DNA of 64,000 nucleotides. Source: Candidatus Aldehydirespirator sp. (lineage in GTDB: Bacteria; Actinomycetota; Acidimicrobiia; Acidimicrobiales; Aldehydirespiratoraceae). The stretch spans positions 2,091,729 through 2,155,728 of the forward strand of contig OZ242020.1 of assembly GCA_965204875.1 (NCBI GenBank). Reading direction: 5' to 3'. This document shows, piece by piece, positions 43,093 through 51,393 of the stretch; positions within the stretch are counted from its first letter, which is position 1; each line of letters opens with the position of its first letter. The notes under the pieces were generated by a model. The model saw nothing but the letters and a program-made list of their open reading frames with translations, did not search any database and had not been told where the DNA came from. Both the position numbers and the translations under genes were made by a program.

Positions 43093-43237
43093 GCGTCTTG
43101 CATTTCAGCGGCGGACGCTCACCGCTGGGGGGATCCCTCTCCGGTCGCCCGGTGGCTGCGACGCATCAGCAACACGGCCACCGGAGCCGGCCGGCCTGCC
43201 TGCCGAGGCGGGCGCGACGGGTATTGCCCGATGTCCT

Positions 43238-44965
43238 CTACTTCAGGTGCTCGTCCACGTAGGCCGCTGCGTCCATGGTCACCTCCACCAGGTTCCTGGG
43301 GTCGCAGTCCAGCGTGCCGCGCTCCTCGGGGTGGATGCGCACGAACTCCTGGCCCTGGATCTGCAGCAGCATGTAGCAGCTGTTGCCCACGCCGTCGACG
43401 GGGTTCGTCTCACCGATCATGCCGTTGGCGTCGAAGCTGTCGATGCTGTTGAGAGCGTCGAGCACCCGCTGCCGGGTGATGGCGTTGATGTCGCCGGTCT
43501 CTTCGATGATCATGTTGACGGCGTCGGAGAACAGCACTCCCGACGCCCAGGCGTTGGCCGCGAAGGCCGACGGCTTGCCGTCCATCCCGTCGACGAAGGC
43601 CTGCAGTTCGGCGTTGGTGTCGGCCTCCTCGAAGGGCAGCTGGAAGATGGACATGTAGGTGCCGTCCTCCACGCCGCCGCCGGTCTCGAAGATCGCGGTG
43701 TCGTAGCAGGAGATGGTGCATTCCCAGATCTCGACGTCGACGCCCTGCGCGACCGCCTCGCTGCGGAACTTCACGAGCGCCTGCAGGTTGGAGCCGATGC
43801 GGGCGTAGTTGGCGCCGTTGTCGCGGATGGCCTGCACCAGCTCGCCGTAGACCGGCTGCAGGGCGGCGCCGCTGACGCCGTACTCGCCGTGGGAGACCAC
43901 CCCGAGCGCCTCCACGGCGGCGCGCACCGTGGTGACCCCGGTGATCCTCGTGGACGGCAGGTCGCCCGGGATCATGAACACACCCTCGAGGTCGGGGTTG
44001 ATGTTCTCCTGGAACCAGTGGATGTGCCCGAGGCGCTCGCCGTAGCGGCGCTCGCCGCCCTCGTAGGGGCAGGCGCCCTGGGGGGCGATCACCGCGAAGG
44101 TGTTGGCGCTGCACTGGTGGGCGATCTCGGTGGTGATCTGTGATATGTCGGGCAGGCCGATCTCGTTGCCGGCTGCGTCCGCGCACGTGTTCAGGGGGGT
44201 CACGTCGAACACGAACAGCGCGGTGGTGCCGACCATGGCGAGCGCGTTCTCGCAGGCGTGCAGCTGGGCGTTGACCGACTCCGAGGGGTTGAGCAGGGTG
44301 TCGAAGGTCTCGACCCGCACCTGCCGGCAGGCCAGCCCGCCGTTGGAGTTGACGTGCTCGGCCCAGGCGACCACGCCGTCGAAGGATGCCTGGAACAGCC
44401 CGGGGGCCAGTGGCGTGTCCACGTCGGCGGCCACGACCACGACGATCTCCTCGGCCGTCACACCGATCTCGACGTCGCCGGGCGTGGCCGTGTCGCAGAT
44501 GTCGACCTCGGGCTCCGGCTCGGGATCGGTGGCCTCGCCTGGATCGCCTGGATCGCCTGGGTCGTCGCCCGCAGGCTCGCTGCCCGTGCCTGCGTCCGAG
44601 TCGTCAGCGTTGCCGCCGGATCCGCCTGCGGAGTCCGGCTCGCCGTCGCCGTCATCGGTGTCGCCGGGCTCTTCCGCGATGATGTCCTCGAACGTCTCGC
44701 CGCCGTTGCCGCCGCCGGCAGCCGGAGCCGCTGTCGTGGTGGCTGCGGCACCATCGGCCGGCGCGCCCTCGTCGTCGTCGCCTCCGCAGGCCGCAGCGAC
44801 GAGCCCGAACGCCAGCAGTGTTGCCACAACCCGCAGCCGGTGCCTCCCACGCCGCCCGCGACCGCTTGACAGCCATAGCCCCCCACGCCGCCCGCGGTCG
44901 CCTGACAGCCGGTGCCCGCCCCGATGCCGATGCCCTCCAGACATGGGTGCCTCCTGTTTGCTCAC
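43238..44965 (-). CDS. ABC transporter substrate-binding lipoprotein (LivK/type 1 periplasmic binding fold) with a long acidic linker
   Basis: Maximal ORF is 575 aa. The likely true start is GTG 44827, giving MATLLAFGLVAAACGG (lipobox). An Asp/Gly/Pro-rich linker is followed by an LIV-type SBP body. Upstream 44847-44910 holds a 36-bp-period repeat. Confidence 0.8.
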   Translation of the reverse strand: MSKQEAPMSGGHRHRGGHRLSGDRGRRGGLWLSSGRGRRGRHRLRVVATLLAFGLVAAACGGDDDEGAPADGAAATTTAAPAAGGGNGGETFEDIIAEEPGDTDDGDGEPDSAGGSGGNADDSDAGTGSEPAGDDPGDPGDPGEATDPEPEPEVDICDTATPGDVEIGVTAEEIVVVVAADVDTPLAPGLFQASFDGVVAWAEHVNSNGGLACRQVRVETFDTLLNPSESVNAQLHACENALAMVGTTALFVFDVTPLNTCADAAGNEIGLPDISQITTEIAHQCSANTFAVIAPQGACPYEGGERRYGERLGHIHWFQENINPDLEGVFMIPGDLPSTRITGVTTVRAAVEALGVVSHGEYGVSGAALQPVYGELVQAIRDNGANYARIGSNLQALVKFRSEAVAQGVDVEIWECTISCYDTAIFETGGGVEDGTYMSIFQLPFEEADTNAELQAFVDGMDGKPSAFAANAWASGVLFSDAVNMIIEETGDINAITRQRVLDALNSIDSFDANGMIGETNPVDGVGNSCYMLLQIQGQEFVRIHPEERGTLDCDPRNLVEVTMDAAAYVDEHLK

Positions 44966-45077
44966 GATGGGCGGAACGCTCTCTGCGAACCGCCGCCCCT
45001 GCAGCGATGGTCTAGCACGTGGGGTATGACATCGCCCCCGGCTGGTCGGGTTCTGGTCGGAGTTCTGGGCCGCAGGA

Positions 45078-45497
45078 TCAGGCGTGCCAGTCGACGCCCG
45101 CCTGGTGCAGTCCCCAGATCTCGGCGATGCGCCCGCCGGCCACCCGGTACTGGGCGATCCATGCCAGGGTCGTGGGCGCCGAGGTCGCCAGGCTCACACC
45201 ACGCACCGTGAGGCGCACCCAGGCCGTCTGGCCGTCGACGGCCAGTGCGTCGATGCTCACCTCGCTCGCTCGTACCGCTTCGAAGGCGCCGCACAGCCGC
45301 CGGCGCAGTTCGCTGCGGGTCAGCGTCTGCGTGCCCTCGGCGGTGTGTCGCACCACGGGATCGGCGACGAGATCCTCGAGGGCGGCAAGGTCGCGCAGCA
45401 GCCAGATCCTCTCCCAGTAGCTCCGCACGACCGTCTCGACGGCACCCGGGTCTTGTGCAGTACCGGGTGTCTGCTCGGGGCGATGTTCATCGGTCAT
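45078..45497 (-). CDS. SnoaL-like / NTF2-fold protein
   Basis: 139-aa ORF. VVRSYWERIW...DLVADPVVRH...AWIAQYRVAGGRIAEIW matches the SnoaL-like polyketide cyclase fold pattern. Confidence 0.65.
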   Translation of the reverse strand: MTDEHRPEQTPGTAQDPGAVETVVRSYWERIWLLRDLAALEDLVADPVVRHTAEGTQTLTRSELRRRLCGAFEAVRASEVSIDALAVDGQTAWVRLTVRGVSLATSAPTTLAWIAQYRVAGGRIAEIWGLHQAGVDWHA

Positions 45498-45528
45498 GGG
45501 CGGCCTCCGTGCTGTCGCGGGTGTCGCG

Positions 45529-46800
45529 TCACAGTGTTGCCTCCTCTGCTCGGCGGTCCGGGTCGGTGAGCCGCGCCACTGCCATCACTGCCAGCACCGC
45601 CGCCCCGAGCCCGGCGAGGGTGGTCCGGATGCCCACGGCGTCGGCGATGATGCCGATGGGCAGCGCCGCTATGGCGAAGCCCGAGAAGCTGAGCATCAGC
45701 AGGCTCTGCACCCGTCCGTGGTACTCGACCGGCGCCAGCGTCAGCACCAGCGAGTTGTTGAGCGCCTGGAACACGCTCGATCCGGCGCCCACGAACGCCA
45801 TCACGGCCAGCGCTGCGTAGAAGTTCGGCATCACGGCGAACGCGGTCAGCGACACCCCGAAGGCCAGCGCGGCACGCGTCTGGAACGGGCGCAGCTGCCG
45901 CCGCTCAACGTTCGCCAGTGTGACGGCCCCCAGCAGCGCCCCCGTCGCCGCGGCCGCGTTGAGCAGCCCGAAACCGGCCGCGCCGGTGCCGTATACCCGC
46001 TCGGCCACCACCGGCAGGAAGGCCATGTGTGGGAAGCCGACGAGCACCACGCCGAAGGACACGCCCAGCAGGTGCACCACATCGGGTCGGGAGCGCACGA
46101 AGCGCAGGCCGTCGCCGATGTCGCCGAGGGCGCTGCGGCCCGAACTGCTGCTCGGAGCGCCCGCGGGCAGTCCCAACAGCAGGGCCACGCTGAGCGCGCT
46201 GAGCGCTCCCGCGGTGAAGAAGACGCCGGCCACGCCGAAGAACGCCACGCCGATCAGCGCCCCCGCTGCGGCGGGTCCGGCCACCCTGGCCAGCTGCACC
46301 GTCGACATCGACAGGAAGACGGCGTTGGTCACGGTGTCGCGGCCCACCACATCGGCGATGAGCGCCAGCCGGGCCGGCGCGAGGATGGATATCACGGCGC
46401 CCTGCGCGACGCTCGCCGCCAGCAGCATCCAGTAGGCCTCGGTGCCGGTGGCCGCGGCCGTGCCGAGGCCGATGGGCGTGGCTGCCTGGATGACGCCGGC
46501 GACGGCCAGCACGGAGCGTTTGGCGAAGCGGTCGGCGATCATGCCGCCGTAGGGGATCGCCACGATGCTGGCCATGCCGAACACGAGCATCACCGCGCCG
46601 AGGCCGGTGTTGGTGCCGGTCAGCTCGAAGGCGAGCCACGCCCGGGCGATGCCCGAGACCTGCATGGCCAGGAAGGTGAACAGCCCGCCCACGAAGAGCC
46701 TGCGGTAGTGGCGGTTCTGCAGCGCCGCGAACCGGCCCGATGCAGCGGAGCGGGCGGTCCTGCGCATCCGCCAGAGTACCCGAGGGGGCCGGCCAAGCAC
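45529..46800 (-). CDS. MFS transporter
   Basis: 423-aa ORF with about 12 hydrophobic helices. N-terminal FAALQNRHYRRLFVGGLFTF and the IADRFAKR loop are typical of MFS_1-type permeases. Confidence 0.85.
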   Translation of the reverse strand: MLGRPPRVLWRMRRTARSAASGRFAALQNRHYRRLFVGGLFTFLAMQVSGIARAWLAFELTGTNTGLGAVMLVFGMASIVAIPYGGMIADRFAKRSVLAVAGVIQAATPIGLGTAAATGTEAYWMLLAASVAQGAVISILAPARLALIADVVGRDTVTNAVFLSMSTVQLARVAGPAAAGALIGVAFFGVAGVFFTAGALSALSVALLLGLPAGAPSSSSGRSALGDIGDGLRFVRSRPDVVHLLGVSFGVVLVGFPHMAFLPVVAERVYGTGAAGFGLLNAAAATGALLGAVTLANVERRQLRPFQTRAALAFGVSLTAFAVMPNFYAALAVMAFVGAGSSVFQALNNSLVLTLAPVEYHGRVQSLLMLSFSGFAIAALPIGIIADAVGIRTTLAGLGAAVLAVMAVARLTDPDRRAEEATL

Positions 46801-46882
46801 GGCGCGCTCAGGCTGTCGGATATGGTTGGCCTTCCTCTCGTTCGTGTCGGCTCTGGGCGGTTGCCAGGGGCATGCGTTGCGC

Positions 46883-46903
46883 GGGGGGGCGGGGGGGGCG
46901 GGG
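46883..46903. repeat. G7-C-G8-C-G4 tract upstream of SLH paralog 2
   Basis: Counted directly: gc GGGGGGG c GGGGGGGG c GGGG c. It lies about 160 nt upstream of ATG 47062, in the divergent MFS/SLH intergenic region. Confidence 0.9.
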
Positions 46904-47061
46904 CGTGGTAGCGTCGGTGGTGTTGCAATGGTTCGAGTAGGAGGTGCGTGCCGATGAGTGGTGCGGGCAGGTTCAGGGCTAGCCTGGCAGGGACGGCGCG
47001 TTCGACGCGTGGTACAGTGGGTTCGTACAGGTCAAGGGTTGAGTTCAGAGGGGAGAGGCCG

Positions 47062-50000
47062 ATGTCTCAGAGGTTGGTGTCGGGGTTGGGGTTCGTCGGC
47101 GGGCGCCGTTCGGGTTGGGCGGTGTTGGCGGTGGGTGCGTTGGTGGCTTCGCTGCTTGTGGTGGGGTCGCCTTCGGCGGGTGCGGCGGAGATCAGGGCGG
47201 GTAATGACAACACGGCGTCGCCGGACGTGTTGCCTGATTTTTCGGCGTGTGTGGGTGACGCGATGCGTGACGCGGGGTTCGAGGACACCGCTGGCCTGGG
47301 GGCTGAGGATGCGATCAACTGTCTCGCGTATTATGGGATCACGAGGGGCAAGACGGCCGAGCGGTTCGATGCGGGGTCTGAGGTGACGCGTTCGCAGATG
47401 GCGTTGTTCCTGTACCGGGCCGCGGACGTCGCGGGCCTGGATCTGACGCGGGGCGCGGGTTTCGCTGATTTCGACGACATCGACGGTCTGGACGAGGAGC
47501 GCCAGGGCGCGATCAGGGCTCTGGCCCGCAACGGGATCTTGTCGGGCAGTGGCACGAGGTTCAATCCGGGTGTGAGCATCACGCGTGCGCAGATGGCGGT
47601 GGCCCTCGTCGCGTTCTTGCGGCACGCCAGCCCGAACTTGTTCTACCGGAGCGGCACCCTGAGGGGCCGGCTGATTTTGGCTTCGGGCGAGACGTTGGAT
47701 CATTTCGCCGATGCGCGTCGCAGCGTGCCTCGGGGTGTGGACACCGCGATCTCTTATGCGTATGAGCTTGGGATCACCAGGGGCAGCGCCGCCGGTCCGA
47801 ACGTGTTCTCGCCTGGCGGTCCGGTGTTGCGCAAGAATATGGCGTCGTTCATCACGCGGATGTTGGCGCATACGAATGTGCGGCCGGCGGGTTTGACGGC
47901 TCAGAGCGTGTCGGGGACGGTCACGGCGTCGATCCGTGACGCCGGGTTCGATCCGGTGGGCAACGAGATCGTGGACGGTTTCTATATCGCGACCGCGAGC
48001 GAGGACAGGGCGTTCGGGAGTTTGGGCGAGTGCCGGCCTGCGGTGAAGGCCGTTGACGGCGGCTCGGGCGGGTGCGCGATCGGGGTGGTTGATCCGGCCA
48101 CGAACGCGGACGGCAATGTCGCAATTGGGACCCTGAGCACCGCTGCTATCGGCAAGGGTGCGACGGTGTGGGTGTGGACCGGTGATGTGGGTGATCGTTT
48201 CGACGTGGACCGGGTCGATTCTTACAAGCTGCTGTTGAAGCCGGGCGCGGCGGCCGCGGCGACGAAGATGGTGGTGTCGCCGGATATGCCCGCGCACGCG
48301 CGGTTCGGTGCTGAGGTGGTGTTCACGGCGCAGTTGCAGCACACCAGTGATGGTGTGGATCGCGACACCTCGGTCGGCTCTGATGGCAGGCGCCCGGCGC
48401 GGTACAAGTTGCAGCGCAAGGTGTTCTCGCGGACCTCGGCGGATGAAGCCGACCCGACCGCTAGCAGCAAGATCGTGAGCGTGTCCGAGGAGGAGTTCTT
48501 CTGGACCGACGCCCAGGGCAGGATCACGTTCGGTCTGACCACGACCGATCCTGATCCGAGCGCCGGCTCCAACGACGATTACCGGACGGTGCAGTACGTC
48601 TTGACCGGCGTGAAGAACGCGCCGAGCCAGACGCTGTCGAAGATGGTGGTGTTCTCTGACGCTCCGTCGAGGGTGGCCACGGTGAGGGCGGTGCCGGCAC
48701 GCAAGTTCGTGGTGGTCCCCGCGGCGGGGGCGTCCGCGTCGAACGCGGTGACGGCGACGGCGTTGGATCAGTACGGGACGCCGGTGCGCAACGTGGCGTT
48801 CACCGTCACAAGCAGCACGGACCGCTCAGAGATGCCGTCGCGGCGGCACACCACGGCGTCGTCTGGGAGTGTGCGCATTCCTTACACGCACCGTGGCGGG
48901 CCGGCTGTGACCGAGACGTTGACGGTGACTCATACCCCGGCGTCGGGCACCGCGGTGTCGGGCACGGCGAAGGTGTACTGGGTGGAGCGCACGGAAGAAC
49001 CGAAGCAGGATTCCGGGTTGAACGTGATCGGCGGTGACACCGGCGCCGGCACCGTCGTGGTGGACAAGAACGCGAAGCCGACGCAGGTGAGCTATGACGG
49101 CAACGACGTTTTCAAGCTGAACGGCGAGTTCGTCACCCGGGCCGCGTTCGAGGCCGAGCTGGCCAAGATCCTCGACCCGAACCGGAAGGTTACCGGCACC
49201 CTGACATGGTCCTCCTACGACCACGACGACGACACCGACATCGCCCTCTTCGAGCTCACCACCACCGGCGGCACCACCACCACCACCACCACGGCGCCTT
49301 CTGCCACGACGACCTCGACCACGACTTCGACGACCACCGCCCCGGCCTCTACGACCACCGCTCCGGCTACCACGACCACCGCCCCGGCCTCTACGACGAC
49401 TTTGCCGTTGGGTCAGGCGGCGGCTGAGTCGGTGAGTGTGACCGCGGTTGATGCGGCGGTGCGTGCCTCGAAGATGACCGATGGCCAGCAGACGACGTAT
49501 TATTCGATGAAGTTCGGTGACTTCAGCTATTTCGATGTGCAGTTGTTGTACACGGATGAGAGTGACGGCAACAAGGTGAAACGGGCAGCCTTCGGCAAGG
49601 ACGGCACCAACCCTGTGACGTTGCAGGTGATACAGCGCAACACCGCGGGCGCGATCACCTCGATCACGGGTGTGCGCAGGCTTGGCCCGTCGGTTGATGA
49701 CAGTCTGTGGAACCCGCTGTCGACCGGCGTGATTGTGCGGTGCGGCAACGCGAACTGTCCGACTTTCACTCCTTCGGTCGGACCGGAGCTGATCACCGAC
49801 GAGAACGGCGCGGCCCGGTTCACGGTGACCGCTCCCGCGGATCCGAACCCGGGTACGGCTGGTGACGTGACGACGCTGCTGGTGCGGGTGCATGAGGAGG
49901 TGAACGGGCCGCGGTCCAACACCAACCCGACCACCAACCACGGCCTGCATTACTTCTATGTCAAGGTCACCGACGGTGCCCGCACCACCAGCGGGACGCC

Positions 50001-50904
50001 GACGACCACGACCGTGCCCTCGGGCAACGCGGCGACGAAGTTCACGGTCAAGTCCGTCGGTGCCAGGACCGACAAGACGTTCCCGATAGCCACCGGAGCG
50101 GGCAACGCAGCCAGTGGTACCACATATGTGGACGCCGACTTCGGTGCCATGGTGAACATCGTGGTGCAGCTCACCGACAGCAGCGACGCGGACACCACCG
50201 CCGGCGCCGACGGCAGCGGCCCGGCGAGCTTCCAGGTGCATCACATTCTGGTGTACAACTATCTGGTCCAGCTCTCCCGCAGGGGCGCCAACGTGGCGTT
50301 GTTCTGGTCGGATCCCGCGGGCGCGACGACCCAGAGCTTCGGAACGATCCAGGTCACGAACCGCAAGGGCTACATCACGTACCCTGCCTGGCACGCTGAC
50401 CCCGAGCCTGACGGTGAGGGCAACAAGGCCAGCCTCGGCCTAGCGATACGAGCCGACACCAACGCCCCGGGCGCGACCGGCAACGACGGCACCACTCGCA
50501 TCGCCTTCGCCATCGTCCGCTACTACGAACCGGCGCCCACCACAACCACAACCACGACGACGACTGTGCCCGGCGCCACCACGACGACGACTCTGCCTGA
50601 TAAGCCTGCCAAGCCCACGAGCTTCTCGGCCGCCGCCGGCAACGGGTCGGTGACGCTGGAATGGGCCGATCCCGGCGACGATTCCATCACGGGCTACGAG
50701 TTCATTCAGCGTGAGAAGAACGGCACTTGGGGAGACTGGGGTTCCTGGACCGCTATCGGCGGCTCGGACGCGGACACCACCACTTACACGGTGAGCGGGT
50801 TGACCAACGGCAAGGGATACCGGTTCAGGATCCGTGCCGTCAACGGCGCCGGCAACGGCGCCCAGTCAGCCTGGAAGCAAGCCAAGCCGGCCGCAGGCGC
50901 CTGA
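47062..50904 (+). CDS. SLH-domain surface (S-layer-like) protein, paralog 2: signal peptide, 3 SLH repeats, Ig-like modules, poly-Thr linkers, C-terminal FN3
   Basis: GGGGAGAGG precedes ATG 47062 (MSQRLVSGLGFVGGRRSGWAVLAVGALVASLLVVGSPSAGAAEI). SLH repeats are homologous to paralogs 1 and 3. The C-terminal FN3 reads SVTLEWADPGDDSITGYEF...YRFRIRAVNGAG. The track ORF starts at 46948. Confidence 0.85.
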   Translation: MSQRLVSGLGFVGGRRSGWAVLAVGALVASLLVVGSPSAGAAEIRAGNDNTASPDVLPDFSACVGDAMRDAGFEDTAGLGAEDAINCLAYYGITRGKTAERFDAGSEVTRSQMALFLYRAADVAGLDLTRGAGFADFDDIDGLDEERQGAIRALARNGILSGSGTRFNPGVSITRAQMAVALVAFLRHASPNLFYRSGTLRGRLILASGETLDHFADARRSVPRGVDTAISYAYELGITRGSAAGPNVFSPGGPVLRKNMASFITRMLAHTNVRPAGLTAQSVSGTVTASIRDAGFDPVGNEIVDGFYIATASEDRAFGSLGECRPAVKAVDGGSGGCAIGVVDPATNADGNVAIGTLSTAAIGKGATVWVWTGDVGDRFDVDRVDSYKLLLKPGAAAAATKMVVSPDMPAHARFGAEVVFTAQLQHTSDGVDRDTSVGSDGRRPARYKLQRKVFSRTSADEADPTASSKIVSVSEEEFFWTDAQGRITFGLTTTDPDPSAGSNDDYRTVQYVLTGVKNAPSQTLSKMVVFSDAPSRVATVRAVPARKFVVVPAAGASASNAVTATALDQYGTPVRNVAFTVTSSTDRSEMPSRRHTTASSGSVRIPYTHRGGPAVTETLTVTHTPASGTAVSGTAKVYWVERTEEPKQDSGLNVIGGDTGAGTVVVDKNAKPTQVSYDGNDVFKLNGEFVTRAAFEAELAKILDPNRKVTGTLTWSSYDHDDDTDIALFELTTTGGTTTTTTTAPSATTTSTTTSTTTAPASTTTAPATTTTAPASTTTLPLGQAAAESVSVTAVDAAVRASKMTDGQQTTYYSMKFGDFSYFDVQLLYTDESDGNKVKRAAFGKDGTNPVTLQVIQRNTAGAITSITGVRRLGPSVDDSLWNPLSTGVIVRCGNANCPTFTPSVGPELITDENGAARFTVTAPADPNPGTAGDVTTLLVRVHEEVNGPRSNTNPTTNHGLHYFYVKVTDGARTTSGTPTTTTVPSGNAATKFTVKSVGARTDKTFPIATGAGNAASGTTYVDADFGAMVNIVVQLTDSSDADTTAGADGSGPASFQVHHILVYNYLVQLSRRGANVALFWSDPAGATTQSFGTIQVTNRKGYITYPAWHADPEPDGEGNKASLGLAIRADTNAPGATGNDGTTRIAFAIVRYYEPAPTTTTTTTTTVPGATTTTTLPDKPAKPTSFSAAAGNGSVTLEWADPGDDSITGYEFIQREKNGTWGDWGSWTAIGGSDADTTTYTVSGLTNGKGYRFRIRAVNGAGNGAQSAWKQAKPAAGA
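49399..50546 (+). repeat. 1.15-kb block nearly identical to 20063-21210 (paralog 1)
   Basis: See 20063-21210. Constant 29336-nt offset, no indels. Confidence 0.9.
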
Positions 50905-50922
50905 CCACCCGCCGACCCCCGG

Positions 50923-50952
50923 GGGTCCCGGCACCCACCGCCGCCGGGACCC
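50923..50952 (+). terminator. GC-rich stem-loop downstream of SLH paralog 2
   Basis: GGGTCCCGGC (50923-50932) / GCCGGGACCC (50943-50952), a perfect 10-bp stem with a 10-nt loop, 19 nt after the stop. Preceded by the palindrome GACCCCCGGGGGTC. No U-tract. Confidence 0.5.
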
Positions 50953-51326
50953 CCACCCCCAACTCGACCTCGCCGACGTCCTCTGCGGCGCGCCCGGCGC
51001 AGGCGATGTGGATCTCGAACCCCCCCCCGTGCGCCTCGTGGAGCACCTCTGCAGTGCCGCGAGGGAGCGAGAGCTGTCGCCGTCGGCCCGCAGCGCCCGC
51101 ACCCGACCCAACAAAGCCCCGAACACAACCCCAAACCCCCGGACCGGCACGCTCATGCCGCTCGATGGTGGTCTCGGCTCAGCGTGGCCGCTAGGGTATG
51201 CGCGCTCGGTGGCCGACTTGCTGGTATGGTCCTCAAGCTGTGTTCGGATACCCGATACTCAAGGGGGTACAGTAGATGTCTGAGGCTGCACTGGCCACGG
51301 CTGCGCGCTCGGCGCGTGATGGCCGC

Positions 51327-51335
51327 GGGGGGGGG
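51327..51335. repeat. G9 homopolymer about 60 nt upstream of the probable start of SLH paralog 3
   Basis: Counted directly: ggccgc + 9 G + cgcag. A C9 run lies at 51020-51028 in the same intergenic region. Confidence 0.9.
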
Positions 51336-51393
51336 CGCAGAAGCCCCGTCTCGATCCCCGCGGGTTGACTTCAGGTATGGAAAGGAGGGGCGG

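Noticed and set aside
50840-51046. Minus-strand fragment LHEAHGGGFEIHIACAGRAAEDVGEVELG as a pseudogene remnant of an oxidoreductase between SLH-2 and SLH-3
   Set aside because: The resemblance to known motifs is too short and loose. The ORF overlaps the 3' end of SLH-2 and GC hairpins. This cannot be supported without a database search.
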